This document shows, in pieces, positions 1-10,568 of a stretch of DNA of 64,000 nucleotides. The stretch is from the human T2T-CHM13v2.0 reference genome, Homo sapiens: assembly GCF_009914755.1 (NCBI RefSeq), contig NC_060931.1; one strand, written 5' to 3'. How positions within the stretch are numbered: position 1 is the first letter of the stretch; each line of letters begins with the position of its first letter. The notes under the pieces are model-generated. The model was given only the letters and a program-made list of their open reading frames with translations, had not been told where the DNA came from and ran no database searches. A program made the position numbers and the translations under genes.

Positions 1-688
1 TGCAATCTATAGGTAAGCTCCGTGAGGGCAGGGCTGTGTCTGGCACATGTCTGGTGGTCACGAATAGTTGTTGATTGACTGCAGACCATTTCTACTTATT
101 CTGGGGATCATAGAGTGGCAGTATAGAGCTTTAATGATAATCTGTCCATCTGCTGTTGGGGCACGTGAGATTTGCAGAGGTAAGTGGCCTACCCAAAGTC
201 TACCCACTAACTAGAGATAAGTTCCCCAATTCCCATCCTGGGGTTCTTTTCTGTGTACCGGGTTGCCTGTGTCCACTTCAAAAACCCGAGGAAAACTTTG
301 GAATTAAGATTAAAGAACAAACATTTAAACTTGGAAGGGAAAGGGATATTGGAATCACTCTGCTTGTATCTTGTGTTGTAGCACAAGGAGGTGCCCTTGG
401 AAACATGCAGACACACTCGTAGCCCTCACCATCAGCAGTGAGTTGTGAGAGTTTGGTCAAGTTGCTTAACTTCCAGTCCTTAGTGAATGCTTCTGACAAA
501 TGGGGATTGCCTAAATGGGGTTGTTGTGAGGCTTTCGGAGTGGGGTTGCAAAACTCACACTACAACTCAGAAGTGAGAAAAAGATTCTGTCATCTTGTCA
601 ATGACTGACCTGGTCCTCACGAGCCCTTCACATATTGGTGAGCAAGAAAAAGTTAACTGAAGTTCGAACTTTGTTTAAAATTTAGTCT

Positions 689-848
689 AAATGGGTACAG
701 AGTTTCAGTTTGGGATGGTGAAAAAGTTTTGGAGGTGGACAGTCGTGATGGCTGCACAGCAATGTGAATGTGTTTAATATTACTGAATTGCATACTTAAA
801 AATGGTTAAAATGACAAATTTATGTATATTTCATCACAATAAAAAAAC
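689..848 (+). mobile_element. L1MB-like 3' end fragment
   Basis: AATGGGTACAGAGTTTCAGTTTGGGATG...CTTAAAAATGGTTAAAATG...CACAATAAAAAA. Confidence 0.75.
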
Positions 849-1589
849 AGCCTAATCTGATCATGTAGGCAGTCGGCTGTGGTCATGCACAGTTGCTTTT
901 GGAGAGATGACCTCTCTCTTAATTCCCTGGGTTCTGGCCTCACTGTTACTCCCTAAGATTGTATTTGGATGTGGTGGGGGCACTGGAGGTGGTGGCTTAT
1001 GCGATCTGTGGCACTGGAAAGAGGTGAGGGCCTTGGGCATGATTTCCTTGGCCTCCTCTGGTTCCCTTAACCAGCCAAGTACTGCTGGCATCTACTCTCC
1101 AACCTTTGTCTCATGCCTCTGGGCTGAGGAAACACGAGATACTGTGACACATCAAAAATTTCATTGTGACCTAAGTTGGGCAGCAGCGTTGTGGCTTACT
1201 TAGCATGGAGAGGAACCATGAGTCACGCTGGCTGCCACGTCCTCTCATGTGCATCCAACAGGCATCACAGGGGAAGGAGGGAACATGGCCCCTACTCATT
1301 TTCAAAGACAGTACAAAAGCAATAAATGAAACTCAATGAAAAGAAGCACATCGTTGTAAACCACATGCCATTTTTGAGGTCCTAGAATAATCATGAAATT
1401 AGAAGGTGGTGTCCCAGCTATGTGCTGATCAAATGCTGATCCACAAACCGTATGGTGCTATCTGGGTCTGAACTACCTGCCGGGACTTGGTGGTAGTGGT
1501 GGTGGCAGTGGTGTGTGTGTAACTTACCACCAGGACATTAGCCAAATCTGAGAATCACTGCTTATGTCGATATACCTTTTCTAGTCTAA

Positions 1590-2012
<423 letters not shown>

Positions 2013-2189
2013 AAAGAGTTTTTTAAAAGCACAGTTGATCATAATTTGCCTTTGGTAAAATAAATGGGAGCCAAAAGCACTGAACAAATTCTACCCTCTC
2101 CAAGGCTCTTATGCGTATCTACTTACTGAAAATGCGTCCAAACACTCAGACATGAACTATTCTGGTGAATATAAAGGGCTTATTTTTCT

Positions 2190-2562
2190 ATTTGCCCTGG
2201 CTCTTCCCCTGCCCCAGGGACTGAGCCCTAAGAACTGCACCCTGGGGCTCTGGGGCTCTCTCGGGTTCAGCCACTAGGGGGCACTGCGATGAGTGGTGCC
2301 CCGAGGAGACAGGGCCTGGGATAGTTCTTCCTTACTCTGGGCTGAATTTTTCTGGCAGACGCCGCATGTCTCTCTACAGCTGTAGCTCCCGATGGCTGTC
2401 CCCTCCTCAGGAGCTCCAGCTACTGCTGGGCAGTACCCACTTCCCACTGTTGCTAATCTCTCGGTGACTTCAGCCTGCTCACAGCCTTATAAGTAGTCCC
2501 TTCATTTAAGTCTCTCAAACCATCTGAGTTGGATTCTGTTTCCTGCAGGGGCACCAACTAAT
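2190..2562 (+). mobile_element. Old ERVL-type LTR (LTR41/LTR33-like) carrying a CTCF motif
   Basis: 3' end CCCTTCATT...AACCATCTGAG..GGATTCTGTTTCCTGC typical of ERVL LTRs; boundaries approximate. Confidence 0.45.
2268..2286 (+). promoter_or_regulatory. CTCF core motif
   Basis: CAGCCACTAGGGGGCACTG, near-consensus. Confidence 0.7.
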
Positions 2563-3269
2563 AAGCCCATAAAAAGAAATCCTTTACTGCTATCATCTAA
2601 GGGGACAGTGATGTCCTGATGTGCTAATCACTGACGGACATTAACGGTGATAATGCTGGTATTTCACTGGTATGACTCAATTTCTAAACTAATGGCTTGG
2701 AACTTATGCCTCCAAATTGTATTGCCTTCTCAAAGCTGACACCTTAGGATGTCTCAGTACCATCATGTTAAAATATTCCGAGGCTGCCTTTAAAGATATA
2801 CTTTAGTGCCCATAACACATTATTTTGAATAATGCTGAAAAACAGTCCTCCTTTAATGGCAGATTTGATTCAGTTCAACAGGCAATATCACAATATGCAT
2901 AGGAAAATTGGCAATAATTTCATTATGTTCATATGCAAATTCCACTAACTGTTATGCAAATGTCTTTTATAGCTTGTTTTTCCTTTTCTTTCAAGCCAGG
3001 ATCCAATCAGGGTTCGTGAATTGCTTTTGGATGTCTCTTTTTAAGTGTTTTCAGGGATGCAGAGATGTGACTTTATGTCAGTAACTCTGCAATATAGTGC
3101 ATTGTGTAACACCATTAATATATCAAAGGAAGCAAATGGAACTTTAGGGAGTGCTAAGGGTGTTTCTGGTATTGCAAAAGACACAACTCAGGTATGGGAA
3201 ATGAGTTAATTATTCATAAGGGTGAATATGTTGGTTTGAGTAGTAAGCATTTTCCTTTTTCACATTAGG

Positions 3270-3289
3270 ACACACACACACACACACAC
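3270..3289. repeat. (AC)10 microsatellite
   Basis: Lies next to the proviral TSD. Confidence 0.9.
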
Positions 3290-3298
3290 GCCTGTGAA

Positions 3299-3754
3299 TG
3301 TAGCAGGACGAGCCACAGACAAAACCCCCCAGACACAGAGTTGAGGAAGGAAAGGGCTTTATTCGGCTGGGAGCATCGGCAGACTTATGTCTCAAAAAAC
3401 CAAGCTCCCTGAGTGAGCAATTCCTGTCCCTTTTAAGGGCTTACAAGGGGGTCCGCGTGAGCAGGTCGTGATCAATTAAGCAAGCAAGGGGTACATGACT
3501 GGGGGCTGCATGCACCGGTAATCAGAACGGAACAGAACAGGACAGGGATTTTCACAATGCTTTTCCATACAATGTCTGGAATCTATAGATAACAGAAGCA
3601 GTTAGGTCAGGAGTTGATTTTTAACTACCAGGCCCAGGGCGCAAGCTGGGCTATCTGCCTGTGGATTTCATTTCTGCCTTTTAGTTTTTGCTGCTTCTTT
3701 CTTTGGAGGCAGAAATTGGGCATAAGACAATATGAGGAGTGGTCGCCTCCCTTA
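3299..3754 (-). mobile_element. 3' LTR (LTR2 family), 456 bp
   Basis: Same termini; roughly 90% identical to the 5' LTR by eye; TTAAAA box at 3436-3431, AATAAA at 3363-3358. Confidence 0.93.
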
Positions 3755-3765
3755 TTTCCACCTTT
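3755..3765 (-). promoter_or_regulatory. Polypurine tract
   Basis: AAAGGTGGAAA directly before the 3' LTR. Confidence 0.8.
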
Positions 3766-3807
3766 GAGAATCTCACTGAATAGTGAGAGTTCTCACTTTC
3801 ATTCTCA

Positions 3808-4994
3808 CTACCCATGTCTTCTTGTAGGACAGATCGATAGTGATTCATATAGTACACTTGTGCTGAAGCATTTTGGTGAACTAAGGTAGCGATGAAGGTT
3901 TTTTATCATTTGAAGGAGTACAGGTAGCAAACAAGGGAGTAGTAAGCAGGTTCCTATTACTATTATAATTCCTATTATAAGAGTTTTAAATCCTCCTAAC
4001 ACTGGGAACCATTTTCCAAACATGGCCCCACAATCAAATCCATGCCATACTTGCATGGGCACATGTGCCAGTTTTGTCATATCTCTAACTATGTCTTCAA
4101 CTACTTGCCCTTGATCATCTATATGTAGACAGCAATTAGTAACCCCTCCCCCAGCTGCTAGCAAGTAGTCAAGAGCCAATCTATTTTGATAGATAGCATT
4201 TCTCATCTGAGTTTCTTGCTGGGCCAGAATAGTCAAGGCTCTGCCAGTTTTATTAGTGATTATTTCTAAGACAGCTTGTAACCATATGATTTGGGTGAGC
4301 ATGTAAATGGGGGTCCCATATCCCCATGAGCCATCTTGTGCCCAAGTAGCAGGCTCATAGTATTGTATGATTCTCTCAGGGGGCCATTCATCAACTTTCC
4401 AATTACCTATAGCTATGCTTCTCTTTTCACGGGAAGCATAGACAGGGAAGCCCAGGAGTTCGCCTGTTTTTATGGGCAGTAGGAAGAAGGATGGTTTAAT
4501 AGTGCCAATAACACAACTACCTGCCCACTGGTTGGGTAATTTGGCGTAAACTCTATGCCCACATATCCAGTATAATCTGGTGGGGGCTGTCCAGTCCCGG
4601 TGGGACTCCAGGTGGGTCCACACGGTTTGCAACTTTGGGAATTTACTAAATGGATTCTTTTTAGTATGGTTTAGACCCCACCAGGTGACTGTTCTTAATT
4701 TTATTTTAAACACTGTGACCATAGGGGGCTCAGATGGGTTATAACACACATCAGGCTGGGCACTTCTTGGCTACATCCCTTGTACTGGGTGGCATTATAC
4801 AAACAAGTCCCTTTTAGGGTTCCAGCACATTTATAATAACTATAGAACAAAAAGACAGTTTTAACTTTTTGCCCTACCTTAGTGACCTGATGTATACACT
4901 GGGAACAATCCTTAGTTTGAGGAAGATCAGTTTAAGTCCCTACCATACAAGTCCAAAATTTAAGGAAAATAAATCCCATGGTGAGTTTCCTCAT
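3808..4994 (-). pseudogene. HERV-E/ERV3-like env with broken N-terminus and open 3' frame
   Basis: ATG 4994 MRKLTMGFIFLKFW, stop at codon 21 (4934-4932), CSQC motif, frameshift; then open frame 4749-3808 with [15 protein letters not shown] and a TM anchor. Confidence 0.9.
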
Positions 4995-5016
4995 GCTTTG
5001 GCCATGCATGGACCAG

Positions 5017-5658
5017 TCAGCTTCCAGGTGTGACTGGATCAGGGCTTGTCGTCTTCTTCAGAGTCACTTTGCAGGGATTCTCCGGGCTTGGTCTTGCCTC
5101 CCAGGTCTCAGGTGCTGCGGGTTTCATGGGGCTGTGGTGGATCCAGGCTGGGATTCCTTGACCACTGTGGGAGTGGTCAAGACCACAGTCTGGGGTCCTT
5201 TTCACCGTGGCTGCAAGAGGGCTATGTTCTAATCCTTGATCTACACCTGATCACCTTTGCTGTCTTCTGTACCAAGTCAGCCACAAACACCAGCCCATTG
5301 TCCAAGCCAATTCATAAGGGCAGTCCAAACCTAGGGATGAGCTCTCCACGTTTGGGCATCTTGGTGAAGTCTACTTGGAGATCTTCAAAGGGGGCTGCTC
5401 CATAAGCCTGTATGCCAGGCAGGACAGTTAGACCTTGCCTAGCATTGTGCTGCTAGGAGGTGACACACTGCTGTGCCACTGTTTTGGCAAGGGCTGACAG
5501 ATGCAAGATGTAGAAGTACTGGCCTAACAACTTTTCAAGTGACTCTTGGCCTAGGTGGGTGGTCTCATGCACAGCCAGTACGACTGCAGCTCCTAGCAGT
5601 TGTGGCATGGCTATTCTTCCATCTGATAACCGGATCCATCTTCTTCTATCACCTGCCC
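5017..5658 (-). pseudogene. Integrase fragments (HHCC region, first catalytic Asp, C-terminus)
   Basis: HETTHLGQESLEKLL...CVTS*, PFEDLQVDFTKMPK, RFGLP..IGLDNG, IPAWIHHS; internal deletions. Confidence 0.85.
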
Positions 5659-6235
5659 TCATTCTGGTTGATGAAATGCCAGGGTGAAAGAGATAGCCAA
5701 TTGGACTAAAGCACAAGTGCCACTCCAGTTATTCGGCAGAGTGTCCAGTAAAGGTCCGCCACAATACCACCAGACATCCTCTCGGGGATGAACAAGGGCT
5801 GACTTATTGATAAACTCTTGAAAATTCTTAAGCTCACTGCATCCCTTCAGGTCTCCAGGGAATGCTAAGTTTCCTTGCTGTCGTGAGAGACACGAAGTGA
5901 ACTTAGTGTTGGGAGAAGGAAGCTGGATGGCCCTCGGGGGCTGACCCACAGGGTGCTGGACTTTGGGATATAGCAGAGACAGCTTGGCACAACCTATTAC
6001 TCCAGGCTGTAGAATCCTGGAAAAGAGCTACCATGAAGTCCATGCCTGGTCGACTGGAGGACTACCTTAGTGGAAAGGGGACAATCTGGGCCTCTGGCCT
6101 GCCATGTGCACAAGCATAACAATTGCTTTTGTTTAACATGCCAACGGTATATTTGATTCATTCCAACCAGACATTTGCATCTTGGTATCCTGTCTTAATT
6201 GTCAAAGTTTGTTTTAAGCCTTTAACTTCTATGAT
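5659..6235 (-). pseudogene. Second env SU-like remnant, not HERV-E
   Basis: GYQDANVWLE*IKY...NKSNCYACAHGRP...VPFPL and VWWYCGGPLLDTLPNNWSGTCALVQL; CXXC and WxGxC motifs; stops and a frameshift. Confidence 0.7.
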
Positions 6236-7811
6236 CCTCTAATAAAATGAATGTATGGTTTCAGGAAATTACAAAAACTGGTTGGGGCAGTCCATCCTTG
6301 CTCTTTAATGGTCCACAGAACGTTGGACCAATTATGGCATAAAAGCTGTATATTGGGGGGCAAGACTCCTGGTTAACACTGGGGTCTTTGTCGAAATCTC
6401 CTCAGATAAAATGGTCCTAATTTACTAATGCCTAGTCTGAGAAGAGTCAGGAGGGAGAGAGGTACTTTTCTGAAGTAGAGGTCTGTCTTTGACTTGGCAA
6501 GTCCCCACAAGGTATAACAAGGCAAGCATTAAATGCAAGTTTGAGGCGAAATTGACTTGGTTATGTTAATAACTAGATGGTCAGCAATAGAGCCAGGAAA
6601 GAAGAAAGAGTAATAGAATAGATGAAAGAGTTAAATTTTTCTTAGCTTTAGTTTGGTAGGGTTTTCCCCTGGGACTATGGCCCACAACTCTGGAGCAGGT
6701 GGTGCTTTCTTGACTCGGGTGTGATGAGTCCATCCCTTTTTTGCTGTACAAACAGCAGTCTCGGTGGTTAGCAGCGCAAGGTAGGGTCCTTCCCAGGCTG
6801 GCTCAAGTTTTTCTTTTTTCCACCCTTTGATAAGAACGTAATTTTCAGGCTGGTGCTGGTTTACCAGAAATTCTAAGGGTAGTACATGTGCTAAAAGACT
6901 TTTAGTTTTGAGGGAAAGGAAAGTGGAAGATAAACCAAGTATATAATTTCTAAGAAACTGACCTTTTGTTTTAAATGTGGGACATCAGCAGCAGATTTTA
7001 TAGTACCTTGGTGCCTTCTTACTGAGAAATTTCCTTTTGCACCTATTTTTATTAGTTTTTAGACCAAAGAAAGCCAAACACCATTTTATATTTGACAATG
7101 CTTCCTGTATCACTTTTATACCAGATAAGCTAAATTTCACCTTTATATTAGTGTGTTATTAATGTTACACTTAGTTTTAATAAAACTTTGTAGACATATT
7201 TATTCAATTTTTAATGTCTGACCATAAGGTAAGATTTTTTATAGACTCTCTTCAACCTTTTATAATTTTTGTAAAAGAGCAGGTTAGTGCTTTAAGAAAA
7301 ACCCGTGGTGTTTTTACTTTAATGTCCAGTTCACAGAAAAACTGGATGATACCCCTTTAACTTTAGCTAATATGTTTATACACAGAATTTTCTTTACAGT
7401 TAACATTTTAAAACTTGCTTAAATCTTCAAAACAAAATTTTTAAAAACCTTTTAATGTAGGTAAAAATCTACATTTTTATGCCTCCTTATAATCCTTTTA
7501 CTAAAAATATATTTTACTTTTCTTACACACTTTGCATATAAACTGTTCCTTCAACAGTTTTACATTCAGGAGGCCTAATTACTTTTAAATTATACAACAT
7601 TTCTTGCATAAATTCCTTTTTTATAACACACATTTTTTTTCTTGTTTCACGACTTTCACAGACAATTCTTCAACATGTCTCAACTTTCTGACTTATTGCA
7701 AACATCCCTTTCTTTAAACAACCAGTTAATTTATTTTAGGACAAGAATGTAATATATAACGTTCTTTTTACATAAATTCTACCCCCCTTTTCTTTTTTTT
7801 TTTTTTTAACT

Positions 7812-8145
7812 TAGGATAGTTCTGAACTGGTGAGGTGTGCTCACAGTGAGGTTTCCTTTAAAAGTTATTTTTCTACTTTTTTTCTGTTAGCAAAGCTGTT
7901 GCCACTACAGATTGAATGTATTTGGGCCATCCACGGGTTACTGGGTTAAGGAATTTTGATAGGAAGGCTACGGGTTGTCAGTGGTCTCAGTGCTTTCGGG
8001 CTACGCCCTTGTTTACACTGACAACAAAGTGGTATTGGAGTGTTATATGATCACGGAGAAGACCTTTAATTATCAATTATAGGTTCTAAATTTACCTTGG
8101 CTTTTAAAGGAATAGTGTACACTGTTTTTTTCTTAACTACTTGTA
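7812..8145 (-). pseudogene. Degenerate pol fragments (RT N-terminus joined to connection domain)
   Basis: IPLKAKVNLEPII, SYNTPI, QPVAFLSKFLNPVTRGWPKYIQSVVATALLTE, LTVSTPHQFRTIL; RT core (YXDD) absent. Confidence 0.7.
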
Positions 8146-8147
8146 TA

Positions 8148-8335
8148 TCTCTCTCTTTCTCTCTTTGACTTCCTTCTGTCTCTGTCTCTTCCTCTCTCTC
8201 TCTGCCTCTTTCTCTTTGACTTCCTCTTTGTCTCTTCCTGTCTCTCTTGCTTTCTCTCTTTGCCTCTTTTCTTCTCTCTCTCTCTTTCCTCTCTCTCTCT
8301 TTCTCTCCTCTCTCTCTCTCCCTTTTCTCTCTGCT
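8148..8335. repeat. (CT)n-rich polypyrimidine tract inside the provirus
   Basis: About 190 bp of near-pure C/T dinucleotide repeats. Confidence 0.9.
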
Positions 8336-8361
8336 GGTCTTTCCTTGCCTCTGCCAGCCGC

Positions 8362-8769
8362 TTATGCTGCTGTTCTCCTGTCTCCTTCCTCTTCCCCTAG
8401 GGGAGAGACCGGCGGGAGTAGAGCTACTCTTTCTTCCTTGGCTATCTGTCCCTTTGTCACTAGTACTACTGCTGCCTGTCTTCTTAACCACCGTGGGGGG
8501 TCTAAAACCAGCTGCAACCACGTATCTATGTATGGAAACTGATCTGGGTGTCCTGATTTACCAGTTACTTTGTGCCATACCTTTGAAACTAGAGACCTGT
8601 CTAGGCTTCTTTCTGATGGCCATCCCACCTCTAATGCCCGCCAATCTATCTCACACAGAGCCTTAAACTTTCCAGGTGTCATAGCGATTCCATAGACCCC
8701 ACTGAATCCTTTCTTGAAATTCTTTAACATAGTTCCTAATGGGGTAGGCTTACTTTGTGTTTTACCCAT
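8362..8769 (-). pseudogene. Truncated gag (matrix domain), HERV-E-like
   Basis: MGKTQSKPTPLGTMLKNFKKGF...LCEIDW...GWP...GHPDQFPYIDTW: gammaretroviral MA with Gly2; no CA or NC follows. Confidence 0.88.
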
Positions 8770-9091
8770 TCTCCTCTCTCAGGAGACAAAACAACACTCT
8801 TACCACAAAGAGGGAAGGCAAAAAGGGGCAAAAAGTCACTCACTCCCCCAGCAATTCACACTAAAACCAAAGTATGGATAAGGAGTTACTCATTCATCAA
8901 GCAATTTGAGCCAAGTCAGAACCGAAATCAAAGCCAAAACAGTTCAAATCCAGAAGTCAATACCGAAATCTAAACCAAAACAGTGCAAATCCAGTCAAAA
9001 TCAAAACCAAAACCAAGGTGCCAATAAAGGCATGCCGTGGGTGATCAGGCCACGCTTCCACTCAGATGGAGTGGGCAAGTTCCAAGACCAG

Positions 9092-9100
9092 TCTTACCGT
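9092..9100 (-). promoter_or_regulatory. Candidate proviral major splice donor ACG|GTAAGA
   Basis: Good 5' splice-site match in the leader between PBS and gag. Confidence 0.55.
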
Positions 9101-9335
9101 GTTCCAGATGTCTGGACTCCAAGCGCCGATTCCTTCCCGCTGTTCAGCCGCTGCGTTAATCCTCCGCGGGGGCCTACCGTGCGCTGCTCTGGCGAGGCGT
9201 TCCACCAGGGCAATTACCCAGCTGAAAGCACTCTCAGGATTCACTAAAGCCGGCAGGAGTCCCCCGCAGGGATGTTCCACAAGGCAGGCCTAAGCCTCCT
9301 AAGCAGTTGCCTCCACCGCCCGGTAATCACCTCGC

Positions 9336-9353
9336 TTCCAGGTCAGGGAACCA
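9336..9353 (-). promoter_or_regulatory. Primer binding site, tRNA-Glu
   Basis: TGGTTCCCTGACCTGGAA, 17/18 match to the complement of the tRNA-Glu 3' end (TGGTTCCCTGACCGGGAA). Confidence 0.9.
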
Positions 9354-9358
9354 AGAAA

Positions 9359-9797
9359 TGTAGCAGGACTAGCTGCAGACAAAACCCCTCAGACACCGAG
9401 TTGAGGAAGGAAAGGGCTTTATTCTGCCAGGAGCATCGGCAGACTTACAAAACCGAGCTCCCCGAGTGAACAATTCCTGTCCCTTTACAACTAAGGGGGT
9501 CTGCGTGAGAGGGTTGTGACCCATTGAGCAAGCAGGGGTACGTGACTGGGGGCTGCATGCACCGGTATCAGAACGGAACATAACAGGACAGGGATTTTCA
9601 CAATGCTTTCCCGTACAATGTCTGGAATCTATAGATAACACAAGCAGTTAGGTCAGGGGTTGATCTTTAACTACCAGGCCCAGGGTATGCCCCCGGCTAT
9701 CTGCCTGTGGATTTCATTTCTGCCTTTTAGTTTTTACTTCTTCCTTTGGAGGCAGAAATTGGGCATAAGACAATACGAGGGGTGGTCTCCTCCCTTA
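9359..9797 (-). mobile_element. 5' LTR (LTR2 family), 439 bp
   Basis: Starts TAAGGGAGGAGACCACCCCTC, ends GCTACA; AATAAA at 9423-9418; PBS follows. Confidence 0.93.
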
Positions 9798-10216
9798 TGA
9801 ACAACACAGATTTGAGCTGTGTGGGTTCAATTATACTCAGATTTCCTCCTGCCTGTGCCACCCCGAAATAGCAAGAGCGACCCCTCCTCTTCCTTCTCCT
9901 CAGCCTGCTTAACGTGAAGACGATGAAGACAAAGACCTTTATTGTGACCCACTTCCACTTAATAACAGTATATGTATTTTCTCTTCCTAATGTTTTTCTT
10001 CGTAACATTTGCTTTTCTCTAGGTTTATTATAAGAATACAGTCTATATTACATATATGATACAACAGATGTGTTAATTATCTGTGTTGTTGGGAAGGCTT
10101 CTGGTCAACAGTGGGCTATTAGTAGGTAAGATCTGGGGGAGTCAAAAATTCTGTGTGGATTTTAACTGCATGGGGCATTGGCACCCCTAGCCCCTGTGTT
10201 GTTCAAGAATCAACCG
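9798..10216 (+). mobile_element. Tigger2a (MER28)-like DNA transposon, left end interrupted by the provirus
   Basis: TGAACAACACAGATTTGAG...GTTGTTCAAGAATCAACCG followed by TA; aligns with the copy at 54238. Confidence 0.8.
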
Positions 10217-10562
10217 TAATATTTTCATAGCACACTGGAATCGACAGAGGGGCTCCTGGGGCTGGAGGTGTCCTGTCTGGGGCTCCAGTTGCCTCAGTTC
10301 TCTCTTCCAAGGGCTGAGGGGGTTCTACAATTGTGGCGTGCCTTGGAAATGTTAGGGGAAAAGGTATGGTGACTCGATGGTTTCCAAGTGTTTTGTGTCC
10401 CAGAGTATTCTTATCTCCAACCCCCATCACTTCCAGTAACCTGGTGTGTTCCTCCTTGAAAGAGTTCAGGCATGGGTCCTGTTCTGTTCCCTTTTAGCAG
10501 CCAAATAACCTTCCCATTAACCTGGAAAAACAAAGACAAAAGTGGCCTTTTTTTCCATGTTA

Positions 10563-10568
10563 TTTATT
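10563..10568 (-). terminator. Distal polyadenylation signal AATAAA
   Basis: tttatt on +; followed on - by a U/GU-rich tract (ttttgtctttgttttt). Confidence 0.7.

Larger units (their letters stand above)
3299..9797 (-). mobile_element. LTR2 (HERV-E-type)-flanked mosaic provirus, Harlequin-like, 6.5 kb
   Basis: Two alignable LTRs; 4-bp TSD TGAA (3295-3298 and 9798-9801); tRNA-Glu PBS; polypurine tract; gag, pol and env remnants. Confidence 0.92.

Noticed and set aside
8066-8666. 133-151-aa ORFs rich in R/E/K or S/L
   Set aside because: Translations of the CT/AG low-complexity tract
3299-9797. Replication-competent provirus
   Set aside because: No CA/NC, protease or RT core; integrase and env disrupted
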